Source: Acetivibrionales bacterium | GTDB taxonomy: Bacteria; Bacillota; Clostridia; DSM-8532 | Direction of reading: 5' to 3' | NCBI GenBank assembly: GCA_050945655.1 | Contig: JBMNTI010000001.1 | Coordinates: forward strand, 28,275-92,274 | DNA: 64,000 nucleotides | Shown here: piece after piece, positions 22,772 to 31,295 of the stretch | Numbering within the stretch: the first letter of the stretch is position 1 | Layout of the letters: every line of letters begins with the position of its first letter | Made by a program: the position numbers and the translations under genes | The notes under the pieces: model-generated | What the model was told of the DNA's origin: nothing | Databases searched by the model: none | Seen by the model: only the letters and a program-made list of their open reading frames with translations

Positions 22772-22906
22772 TGGACGTAACCCTGTTTATGAGAGAGCAA
22801 AACAGCCAAGAAACAGAGCAATCAACATTTCGGTTTATCCCACTGAGAACCCTGCGCCCGCCTCATAACGTTAAACATTTGAAGGAACCCTGGCGCTATC
22901 TCAGAT

Positions 22907-23908
22907 CTAATGTATAAACCGATCAACGTCATTGGGACCGATATTTTCATGTAACGCCATATTAATACCGTTTGCCACAAGCCTTGACAAATAATCGACA
23001 ATATCATCAGTATCTTTAGGAGTTACAATCAAATTTCCCGAATAAGGCTCCAGCAGTTCTATTATCATACGATATTTTTCTTCCCGGTCAATTCCCGACA
23101 GCATTTTATAAAACTCACTGCCTGAGCCTGCCTGATCCATCATACTATCCATCACAAGATCAAGGACATCGCTTGCCATTGTTGCCGCATCCACAACAGT
23201 AGGTATACCAATTGCTATAACCGGCACTCCCAGAGATTCTTTGTTAAGTGCCAGTCTTTTATTTCCCACCCCTGATCCGGGGGCAATTCCCGTATTTGCC
23301 AGCTGGATTGATGAATTGACCCTTTTCATGCTTCTGGATGCCAATGCATCAATGGCAATCACCAATGCAGGTTTTACATTATCAACTATACCTTTGATTA
23401 TATGCCCTGTCTCAATCCCCGTTATACCAAGAACACCGGGGGATATTGCACATACAGGCCTCTCGGTTTCATTCACTTCTTTCGGAAGGTATTCATATAT
23501 GTGTCTTGTTACCAGTACCGACTCCGCTACTTTTGGTCCGAGAGCATCGGCCGTTACATTCCAGTTGCCCAAACCTACAACTAAGACAGTATCTTTGTTG
23601 TTCAGATGAATAAGACTTTCCAGTTCCCTTGCAAGCATCCTGCAGGATTTCTCATAAAGATCCCTGCTCTTTTCTTTTACTCTGGGAATATCCAATGTTA
23701 TATAACTTCCTGCCGGTTTTCCCACCTTCTGCTCCCCCTCCGGTGTGTCCACATGTACTCTGGTAATTGCTACATCGCTGTCTCCATCTTTCTCAACTCT
23801 TATTCCTTCTCCAAAATCTACGCCCTGGGTTCTGGTCTGTGTACCGGCGCCTACCACTCTCGATTCATCAGCCATATCAGTTCTAATGACACGTGCGTAT
23901 TTATCCAT
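22907..23908 (-). CDS. gpr: Germination protease (GPR endopeptidase)
   Basis: 333 aa with an N-terminal IRTDMA pro-region and GLGNWNVTADALGP / GIAPGSGVGN motifs characteristic of the A25 GPR family. Confidence 0.9.
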   Translation of the reverse strand: MDKYARVIRTDMADESRVVGAGTQTRTQGVDFGEGIRVEKDGDSDVAITRVHVDTPEGEQKVGKPAGSYITLDIPRVKEKSRDLYEKSCRMLARELESLIHLNNKDTVLVVGLGNWNVTADALGPKVAESVLVTRHIYEYLPKEVNETERPVCAISPGVLGITGIETGHIIKGIVDNVKPALVIAIDALASRSMKRVNSSIQLANTGIAPGSGVGNKRLALNKESLGVPVIAIGIPTVVDAATMASDVLDLVMDSMMDQAGSGSEFYKMLSGIDREEKYRMIIELLEPYSGNLIVTPKDTDDIVDYLSRLVANGINMALHENIGPNDVDRFIH

Positions 23909-23989
23909 AATAAAACCTCCGGAAATTTAATCAACTCCTATTATTGACAAAACCGGAGGTTTCATTCCAACTGAAAGTAAAAAATTAGA

Positions 23990-24420
23990 ATTAGGTGTTA
24001 GATGTTAGATTGCAGACGCAAAGAGTGCCTGGAAACGTTCGAAATGGCTCCGTCTTCGCTCCGCCATGTCCCGACGTGTGGTCTTTTGCTCACGGGTCGC
24101 TCAATCTTTTCCAATATAGTATATCATGCGGTGGTCGCTCTTTGAAGCGGCCGGCTTATCTTGTCGAGAACCTTGCACCCGCCTTAAAACGTTATACTGT
24201 GGAAGGAACCGCTGTCGAAGTCATGCGTGAATCGGAGCAGGATTGCGTAGCGGCCGCGAATAATTTCCGGATGAAATTCCTGAGCGGCACGCATGATCTC
24301 TACTAAAGGTTCCAGAGTTGTACGATGGAACAGTTCTAATGTCTTATGAGAAACTTTGCACTCGCTCTATTATGTCAACAAGTGAGCGGGCGCAAGGGTC
24401 AGACAGCAGAACCGTCCCCA
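23990..24420. repeat. Mosaic repeat island upstream of gpr (module B 24044..24200, module C 24202..24317, hairpin module to 24420)
   Basis: Direct sequence matches to 9073..9243 (B), to 2201..2317 (C), and to the reverse complement of 22357..22573. Confidence 0.88.
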
Positions 24421-24424
24421 TGTC

Positions 24425-26257
24425 TTACTCCTGGTTTAGCTGGGTTTTGATTTTTTCAGCTAATTTGGAACCTATCCCCTTAACCTTTGCAATATCATCT
24501 ATATTGGCTTCTTTTAGCTTTTTAACAGAACCAAAAGCTTTAATAAGCTCTTTTTTCCGAGCCGGCCCTACTCCCTCAAGCTCGTCCAGCACCGACTTTA
24601 CTATGCGTTTCTTTCTGAGTTTTTTATTGTATTGGAATGCATATCTGTGGGCTTCATTTTGGACTGATGCCACAAACCGCAGGATATCACTATCTTTGTT
24701 TAAATCAATGCCGGTAATTCCATTTACCAAACGATGGGATCTGTGTCTGTCATCCTTAGCCATGCCCCAGACCGGAACATCTATGCCTAAGTCGGCAAGA
24801 ACTTCTTTTGCCACACTCACATGCTGTGCCCCGCCATCTACCAATATCAGGTCGGGTAAATGGCCGAACGCCTTATCTTTCGCTCCCGACAGGTATCTGT
24901 TAAAACGTCGCAGCAAAGTCTCCTGCATGCTGCCGTAATCGTTCTGCTCGGTTATCACCTTCATCTTAAAGCGTCGGTAGCTTTGATTATCAGCCTGCCC
25001 GTCACGGAACACTACCATGGAAGCCACTATTTCTGTGCTTCCCGTATTAGAAATATCATATGCTTCTATTATCCTTGGCATATTCTTTAAATTAAGAGTA
25101 TCCTGAAGTTTTTTAATAACATTCATGGATTTAGCCTGTGCGGCTATGACACTCCTTTGGTACAGCTCCAATTCTTCCCTTGCATTCTGCTCGGCCATAT
25201 TAATAAGCTCGGCCTTGACCCCTCTTTGGGGCACAATAATTGTTACTTTATTGCCACGTTTTTTCGATAGCAGCTCAGTCAAGGCTTCTCTTGACTCAGG
25301 ATCAAATTGGAGAGCTATTTCTTTCGGAATCTCGGGATTTGCTTCATAGTACTGAATAATAAATGATACTATGGCCTCGCTTTGAGGTGCCGCCCCCATA
25401 CCTTCGAGTACATAAGCCCTCTTACCGATGAGTTTGCCGCCTCTAATGGCAAGCACACTGGCAGCGTAATGCCAGTCATCTGCATAAATGGCAATAACAT
25501 CCCTTTCATCCATTTTTGTTGAGTAGACCGCTTGCTTTTTTGATAACGCTTTAAGACCTTTTATTTTGTCTCTTAAAACAGCTGCCTTCTCAAATTTCAT
25601 TTGCTCCGATAATGTGTTCATTTCATTTTCAAGCATATTAATTACATCATCATGCCTGCCGTCTAAAAAAGCCACTGCATTTTTTACATTCTCCCCATAT
25701 TCTTCATGAGTGACATTTCCGGAGCAGGGAGCGGAACACAAGCCTATATGATAATAAAGACACGGTCTTTGCTTTTTTTCACGGGAAATATTCCTCTTAC
25801 ATGTCCTGATCGGAAATAATCTTCTTAAAACCTCTATTGAATCCTTTACGGCCGACATCTTGACAAAAGTCCCAAAATATTTCGCTCCATCTTTTTCAAT
25901 CCTTCTTGTTATCTCAATTCTGGGAAATTCATCTTGTGTCGTAATTTTTATGTGAGGATAGGTTTTATCATCCTTTAACAGAATATTATATTTCGGTTTA
26001 TGCCTCTTTATCAGAGTGTTTTCAAGGATCAATGCCTCTTCTTCGGTGTTCGTCACAATATATTCAAGGGACACAACATTAGAAACCAGCATTGAAGTCT
26101 TTGAATCCCTGTCATCCCGGTGCTGAAAATAGGATTTTACCCGATTTTTAAGAATTTTTGCCTTTCCAACATAGATTATCGTTCCGTTATGGTTGCGCAT
26201 TATATAGACTCCCGGTGATTCGGGAAGATTCTTTAATGTTTCATTAATTGAAGCCAT
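24425..26257 (-). CDS. uvrC: Excinuclease ABC subunit C
   Basis: GIY-YIG N-terminus (GVYIMRN...IIYVGKA), a UVR domain, a RNase H-like endonuclease domain and a C-terminal (HhH)2. Confidence 0.96.
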   Translation of the reverse strand: MASINETLKNLPESPGVYIMRNHNGTIIYVGKAKILKNRVKSYFQHRDDRDSKTSMLVSNVVSLEYIVTNTEEEALILENTLIKRHKPKYNILLKDDKTYPHIKITTQDEFPRIEITRRIEKDGAKYFGTFVKMSAVKDSIEVLRRLFPIRTCKRNISREKKQRPCLYYHIGLCSAPCSGNVTHEEYGENVKNAVAFLDGRHDDVINMLENEMNTLSEQMKFEKAAVLRDKIKGLKALSKKQAVYSTKMDERDVIAIYADDWHYAASVLAIRGGKLIGKRAYVLEGMGAAPQSEAIVSFIIQYYEANPEIPKEIALQFDPESREALTELLSKKRGNKVTIIVPQRGVKAELINMAEQNAREELELYQRSVIAAQAKSMNVIKKLQDTLNLKNMPRIIEAYDISNTGSTEIVASMVVFRDGQADNQSYRRFKMKVITEQNDYGSMQETLLRRFNRYLSGAKDKAFGHLPDLILVDGGAQHVSVAKEVLADLGIDVPVWGMAKDDRHRSHRLVNGITGIDLNKDSDILRFVASVQNEAHRYAFQYNKKLRKKRIVKSVLDELEGVGPARKKELIKAFGSVKKLKEANIDDIAKVKGIGSKLAEKIKTQLNQE

Positions 26258-26340
26258 CTTTTCAACTCCTTAGAGCCCCTGGGTACGTAATAAAAATATC
26301 TCCCTGTTGTTTATCTTTCAAACTAAAGCGAGTTTGGAAG

Positions 26341-26367
26341 AAGAAAATAAGCCGGCATAGCCGGCTT
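26341..26367 (-). terminator. Rho-independent terminator after the HPr-like gene
   Basis: AAGCCGGC-ATA-GCCGGCTT hairpin followed on the minus strand by ATTTTCTTCTT. Confidence 0.6.
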
Positions 26368-26382
26368 AAATATAGACAAACA

Positions 26383-26646
26383 TTAATCTACCATTCCATT
26401 GTTGGCAAAGGCCTCGAGCTCATCTAAAGCGGTCGTCTCATCCCTGCCTTCGGTAATAATCGTAATATTATCTCCTGGACTGATTCCCAAAGATAAAAGC
26501 CCAAGTAAACTCTTTGCGTTAGCCTTTCTTTCACCCTTTTGGATCCATATGTTTGCCTCATAGCTTGAAGCTTTTTGTATTAACCGTGCTGCCATTTTTG
26601 ATTCAAGTCCCGTTTTACTGAAAATCGTAACTTCTCTAGATAACAT
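26383..26646 (-). CDS. HPr-family phosphocarrier-like protein lacking the His15 site (Crh-like)
   Basis: 87 aa that aligns with HPr. The GIHARPA region reads GLESKMA (His15 to Glu), while the Ser46 region KSLLGLLSLG is retained. AGGAGGA RBS. Confidence 0.8.
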   Translation of the reverse strand: MLSREVTIFSKTGLESKMAARLIQKASSYEANIWIQKGERKANAKSLLGLLSLGISPGDNITIITEGRDETTALDELEAFANNGMVD

Positions 26647-26690
26647 AATTGTATTTCCTCCTGGCTGTTACCAAGCATAACTATATATTA

Positions 26691-26699
26691 ATTATATCA
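26691..26699 (-). promoter_or_regulatory. Extended -10 element (TGATATAAT) upstream of the HPr-like gene, contributed by the end of family-D repeat
   Basis: The minus strand reads TTATGATATAAT, 45 nt upstream of the ATG. The identical 12-mer sits 43 nt upstream of lepB. Confidence 0.4.
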
Positions 26700-26840
26700 T
26701 AAATTGAAAAGCAATTCATTGCTTTGTGCCGTCATCAGACTGCATACCGCCTGTTTACAGGCGGTAACAATTTAATGATATAACGTTTTCGGATCCCCGT
26801 TCGAAATCTTCGATGTTAACGGATGGGGTTATTCTATCAT
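26691..26840. repeat. Family-D repeat, uninterrupted copy
   Basis: ATTATATCATAA-hairpin-TGTGCCGTC-hairpin-...TTAATGATA...CCCGTTCGAAA...GGTTATTCTATCAT aligns with the two halves of 51849..52250. Confidence 0.75.
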
Positions 26841-27139
26841 GTTTGTTAAGACAGCGACTACATAATATAACATGGGTTATTTCGCACCTGTTTTAAATAA
26901 TTGATTATTTTATGGAAACCATCAAATAACAAGCACTCATATTATACAATAGGAATATTAAAATTAAAAGCTGTTTTTACCGATTCGTCAGTTTGCATTA
27001 AGTTTTGGCCTGCTATTTAGAAATAATATGAATTTTTTATAGCGATCAAGAAAATGGGTGGCATATTCCATCATGCTACTCATTTCTTCCTATTAATCTT
27101 GGTGCAAATGTCCTATTTTACTTTGTCAAAATATTAGAT

Positions 27140-27517
27140 ATGATATTATTGGGTGATTATGTGAAAAGTTCTAATATACTACATTACTTAACGCAAACAG
27201 GCAAGGATATACCTGTCCGCATAGCCAAAACCTTCAGCAGCAGGTTTTGGGGCTTAATTGGAAAGAAAGAAGCAGATTACGGGCTTTTGCTTTATCCCTG
27301 CAAATCTCTCCATACTTTCTTCATGCGCTATAATCTGGATATACTTTTTCTGGATGATGACAATAGAATTGTTGCAATTAAAAGATTCGTCAAGCCTTTT
27401 TCAGTAGTGCCGCCGGTACGGGAAGCCGTGAAAGTTCTGGAATTTCCGTCCTCACTTCACGCCTCGGCATTTATGAATGTTGGTGATAAAATAACTTTAT
27501 ACAAGAATCTTGAATAA
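27140..27517 (+). CDS. DUF192 domain-containing protein
   Basis: 125 aa; ...FWGLIGKKE...CKSLHTFFMRYNLDILFLD... is the typical DUF192 (COG1430) core. The exact start is uncertain. Confidence 0.7.
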   Translation: MILLGDYVKSSNILHYLTQTGKDIPVRIAKTFSSRFWGLIGKKEADYGLLLYPCKSLHTFFMRYNLDILFLDDDNRIVAIKRFVKPFSVVPPVREAVKVLEFPSSLHASAFMNVGDKITLYKNLE

Positions 27518-27523
27518 GACCAC

Positions 27524-27574
27524 AAAGGCACCATACAGCCAAAACAAAAAGCTAGCTGCAGGCGCCTTTTTATA
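27524..27574. terminator. Bidirectional terminator between the DUF192 gene (+) and rnfB (-)
   Basis: AAAGGCACC...GGCGCCTTT outer stem with an inner CAGC/GCTG stem, followed by TTTTT on the plus strand. Confidence 0.5.
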
Positions 27575-27583
27575 TATATAATT

Positions 27584-28384
27584 TTATAAGCGCTTAACTA
27601 TTGTATTCGTTATGCATTTCTGAGGACAGACTGCGGCACATTCTCCGCAATTTGTGCATTTTTGCGGATCAATAACAGCCACATTATCCACCATGGCAAT
27701 TGCATCAGAGGGACAAACCTTGACGCATTTCTGGCAGGAGATACAACCTACCTTGCAATTTTTTCTTGTCACAGCACCCTTATCATGGCTGTTGCATTTT
27801 ACCGTGAAGCCCGACAGTACAGGGACTAGTTTAATAATTGACTTGGGACATTCGGCAACACATTTTCCGCAGCCTGTACATTTTTCCGCTATTATTGTTG
27901 CCAATCCGTTTTCTACAACAATAGCATCGAACGGGCAAACCTTCTTACAGCTTCCCAGACCTAAACAGCCATAATGGCATGCATCCATACCCCCGGCAAG
28001 AACATTTGCCGCATGACAATCCTCTATTCCCAAATAATTATACTTCATTTTCACATTATCACAATTGCCCTGGCATAAGACCCTGGCAACGTTTACATCA
28101 ATGGAACCTTCGTCAACGCCCATAAAATCCGATATGGCATTGACTACTGCTATTCCTCCGACCGGGCAGCGGCTTGCGTGAACCCCTTCATTCACGATTG
28201 CTTCTGCCAATCCGTCACAGCCTGAATATCCGCAAGCACCGCAATTGGCGCCGGGAAGCATTTCTCTGACAGCCCCGACTCTTTCGTCAACCTTTACTTC
28301 GAAAACCTTTGAAGCATATGAAAGGCCTAACCCGAATGCGAGCCCCAGACCTGAAATTACAGCTACAGGAACTAATATACTCAA
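27584..28384 (-). CDS. rnfB: Rnf electron transport complex subunit B (polyferredoxin)
   Basis: N-terminal TM, a CGACGYSGC cluster, and several CxxCxxCxxxCP 4Fe-4S motifs. Last gene of the rnfCDGEAB order. Confidence 0.92.
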   Translation of the reverse strand: MSILVPVAVISGLGLAFGLGLSYASKVFEVKVDERVGAVREMLPGANCGACGYSGCDGLAEAIVNEGVHASRCPVGGIAVVNAISDFMGVDEGSIDVNVARVLCQGNCDNVKMKYNYLGIEDCHAANVLAGGMDACHYGCLGLGSCKKVCPFDAIVVENGLATIIAEKCTGCGKCVAECPKSIIKLVPVLSGFTVKCNSHDKGAVTRKNCKVGCISCQKCVKVCPSDAIAMVDNVAVIDPQKCTNCGECAAVCPQKCITNTIVKRL

Positions 28385-28402
28385 TTATGTCACTCCCCTT
28401 TC

Positions 28403-28984
28403 TTAAGAAATAATTAAACCGGCAAATCCCATAAAAGTTATGGACACCAGTGATGCGGCAATGAGGGTTATCGGCATTCCCTTAAATGCCTCCGGAATAT
28501 CGGCTGTTTCTAACCTTTCCCTTACACCGGAAAATAATATCAGTGCCAGGGTAAAGCCCAGACCTGCTGCAAAACCGAACACCACCGATTCAACAAATCC
28601 ATAGTCCCGTTCAACAAAAATCAAGGCTGAACCGAGAACTGCACAGTTAGTTGTTATCAGGGGAAGATAAACTCCCAAAGCTTTATAAAGCGAGGGCATC
28701 AGCTTCTTCAAAACTGTCTCGACAAATTGCACCAATGCTGCTATTACAAGAATAAATGCTATCGTTTGTAAATACTCCAAATTATTTGGTTTTAATAAAT
28801 AATGATTGGTGAGCCATGTTACGGCCTGTGAAAGGACAAGTACAAACACAACCGCTCCGCTCATGCCCAATGCGGTAGAAGTCTTTTTTGATACTCCAAG
28901 AAACGGGCAAATTCCCAGGAACTTAGTTAATACAAAATTTTCTACAAGCATTGCTCCTATCAGGATTGCAAATAATTCTTTCAT
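28403..28984 (-). CDS. rnfA: Rnf complex subunit A
   Basis: 193-aa, 6-TM protein (ENFVLTKFLGICPFLGVS...PLITTNCAVLG). Confidence 0.93.
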   Translation of the reverse strand: MKELFAILIGAMLVENFVLTKFLGICPFLGVSKKTSTALGMSGAVVFVLVLSQAVTWLTNHYLLKPNNLEYLQTIAFILVIAALVQFVETVLKKLMPSLYKALGVYLPLITTNCAVLGSALIFVERDYGFVESVVFGFAAGLGFTLALILFSGVRERLETADIPEAFKGMPITLIAASLVSITFMGFAGLIIS

Positions 28985-29679
28985 TATGCTTCACCTCCGT
29001 TTGCTGCCTCACTGCAGCCGGGACAGCCGACTCCGCACCCGATCTCACATTCCTGACTTTCGCCTTTCTTCTTTTTCCTGGTTAATTGGTTAAACAAGGC
29101 AACCAGCAGCCCCATGACCAAAAATCCTCCGGGAGGAAGAATAAACATAATAGCAGGTTCAAAAAGATTGACTGTGACGGGTATCCCCATCCAGGTTCCT
29201 GCACCCAGAATCTCCCTGACAGAACCGATAACTGTTATTGCAATAGTAAAGCCTGCGCCCATGCCAATACCATCCAATACAGAAAGCAAAGGCCCGTTTT
29301 TTTGGGCAAACATCTCGGCGCGAGCAAAGATTATGCAATTTACAACAATCAAAGGGATATAAATACCCAATTGCTTATTGATTTCAGGTAAAAATGCCGC
29401 CATAAGCATCTGCACTATTGTAGTAAAACCGGCAATAACGGTAATATACGCCGGTATTCGAACTTTATCCGGTACTATTTTTCTGATCAGTGAAATAACC
29501 AGATTTGATCCTACCAAAACAAAGGTTGCCGCAGCTCCCATTCCCAGACCGTTTTTTGCCATTGTTGTTACGGCCAGAGAAGGACACATTCCAAGAAGAA
29601 GCCTGAAAGTAGGATTTTCATTTAATAAACCATTAAGTAAAACAGATAATCCTGTCTTTTTCTCAGCCATTTTATACAC
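28984..29679 (-). CDS. rnfE: Rnf complex subunit E
   Basis: NPTFRLLLGMCPSLAVTT...PLIVVNCII motifs. Has a Cys-rich C-terminal tail. Confidence 0.93.
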   Translation of the reverse strand: MYKMAEKKTGLSVLLNGLLNENPTFRLLLGMCPSLAVTTMAKNGLGMGAAATFVLVGSNLVISLIRKIVPDKVRIPAYITVIAGFTTIVQMLMAAFLPEINKQLGIYIPLIVVNCIIFARAEMFAQKNGPLLSVLDGIGMGAGFTIAITVIGSVREILGAGTWMGIPVTVNLFEPAIMFILPPGGFLVMGLLVALFNQLTRKKKKGESQECEIGCGVGCPGCSEAANGGEA

Positions 29680-30268
29680 CCCCTGCCATTATACGTATAA
29701 GAGCCACCGCATCATCAATTCCTCTTGTTACTGCTTTTGATGTAACCGTAGCTGCAGTTATGGCTTGTATCTCGTTTTCATCATTCGGAACTCTTTTTAC
29801 CACATTGAATGTTTTTTCGGGAGCCTTCCCCAGAAACTGGTCGGTAAAATTAGGCTCGGATGCCTTGGCACCTAAACCGGGGGTTTCCTGGTGGCTGGTT
29901 AAAGATACTCCTTTAATATTAAAGTCATTATCTATACCCACAAGCATTTTTATTTTTCCGCCATATCCGCTGGAAGAAACAGCGACAACATAGCCGATAG
30001 ATTCTCCTTCCTTCTGTGCGATATACAGCTTTTCTATGGTATTACTTATATCAATTCCCTCGCTCTTGAGCAGATCAGCCGTTTGGGGATCCTGAAAACT
30101 ATCGGCATCGATATATACGTTCTTCAGGTTTTCCTGTTCGGCAATTCTTGCGTTTTCGTCAATAATAGGCTTGGTTACTCCGTTTACATAAGCAAGAGCA
30201 CCTGTAATAAAGGCGCATACCAGAAACAGGATAAAAGAAGGTTTTATTATTTCCTTAAACATGTGCAT
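29672..30268 (-). CDS. rnfG: Rnf complex subunit G (FMN-binding)
   Basis: N-terminal TM plus an FMN_bind domain (HQETPGLG...ITAATVTSKAV). The start is set at the internal ATG near the rnfD stop. Confidence 0.9.
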   Translation of the reverse strand: MHMFKEIIKPSFILFLVCAFITGALAYVNGVTKPIIDENARIAEQENLKNVYIDADSFQDPQTADLLKSEGIDISNTIEKLYIAQKEGESIGYVVAVSSSGYGGKIKMLVGIDNDFNIKGVSLTSHQETPGLGAKASEPNFTDQFLGKAPEKTFNVVKRVPNDENEIQAITAATVTSKAVTRGIDDAVALIRIMAGGV

Positions 30269-31211
30269 TACCTCCGAATCTTGCCGGTTTTGCATATCGG
30301 TCGATCATGGGCACGGCTACGTTCATAAGGAGAATGGCATACGATACTCCCTCCGGCATATTTGTGAATAACCTGAAAAGCATAGTTAAAAGGCCGCATC
30401 CGAATGCATAAATAACAGCACCTTTTTTAGTCATAGGACTAGTGGTGTAATCTGTGGCCATAAATATTGCGCCAAACATAAGCCCTCCGGCTAATATATG
30501 AAATAGCGGATTACCCGTAAAAATCCCTCCGGGTCCTATTACCCAGGCAAACAACCCCACAGTACCAACATATACCACGGGAATATGCCAGGTTATAACA
30601 CCTCTAGCCAGAAGATAAATCCCACCGATTATAAGTGCTAATGTTGATGTTTCCCCTAATGAACCTCCAATGTTTCCGATGAACATATCAATAAGCCGGG
30701 GAAGCTCTCCCCCTCCTTTCAGAGTACCTAAAGGAGTCGCATATGATAATGCATCAACATCCGAAGCTTTTAACAATGGCTGTGTCCATGTAGTCATTCT
30801 CGCTCCGTAGGAAACAATAAGAAATGCCCGGGCAGCCAGTGCCGGATTAACAAAGTTTTGTCCCAAACCGCCAAAAAGCTGCTTGACAATAATTATTGCA
30901 AATAAAGAACCAACCATCGCCATCCAGAGAGGTAATGACGGTGGGAGGTTTAATGCAAGAATCAATCCCGTAACCGCGGCGCTGAAATCTCCGATGGTAT
31001 TATTTCTTTTTAACGCTTTACGGGTGATATATTCAAAGCCTACACTAGAAACAACAGTTACAGCTATAAGTAATGCCGCTCTTAAGCCAAAGAAATAAAT
31101 CCCTGCAAAGGCTGCGGGAATAAGTGCAATTATAACATCCAGCATCAGCCTTTGTGTAGTGACCTCACTCCTTACGTGCGGCGAGGAGTTCACATATAAT
31201 GTATTCTCCAA
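30255..31211 (-). CDS. rnfD: Rnf complex subunit D
   Basis: 318-aa polytopic NqrB/RnfD family protein with the flavinylation-region motif (FMATDYTTSP). Confidence 0.93.
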   Translation of the reverse strand: MENTLYVNSSPHVRSEVTTQRLMLDVIIALIPAAFAGIYFFGLRAALLIAVTVVSSVGFEYITRKALKRNNTIGDFSAAVTGLILALNLPPSLPLWMAMVGSLFAIIIVKQLFGGLGQNFVNPALAARAFLIVSYGARMTTWTQPLLKASDVDALSYATPLGTLKGGGELPRLIDMFIGNIGGSLGETSTLALIIGGIYLLARGVITWHIPVVYVGTVGLFAWVIGPGGIFTGNPLFHILAGGLMFGAIFMATDYTTSPMTKKGAVIYAFGCGLLTMLFRLFTNMPEGVSYAILLMNVAVPMIDRYAKPARFGGNAHV

Positions 31212-31295
31212 AACGATTCCCCCTAATTGTATTTTCTGTTAAAAATATTACTGTTCCATGTAAATATTTATAATTAAATCCTGCGTTTAATTACC

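Noticed and set aside
24202-24317. Module C as a group II intron domain V/VI remnant or a known riboswitch.
   Set aside because: It lacks the domain V AGC-bulge-GNRA architecture and the GUGYG / AY intron boundaries. I recognise no riboswitch consensus, and it occurs in both orientations relative to genes.
26795-26835. tRNA-like T-arm string (CCCGTTCGAAATC / CCCGTTCGAAACC) in the family-D repeats, suggesting a tRNA gene or a tRNA-derived SINE-like element.
   Set aside because: No acceptor, D or anticodon arms can be drawn around it. The flanking pairing does not give a 5-bp T stem with a 7-nt loop in the right context.
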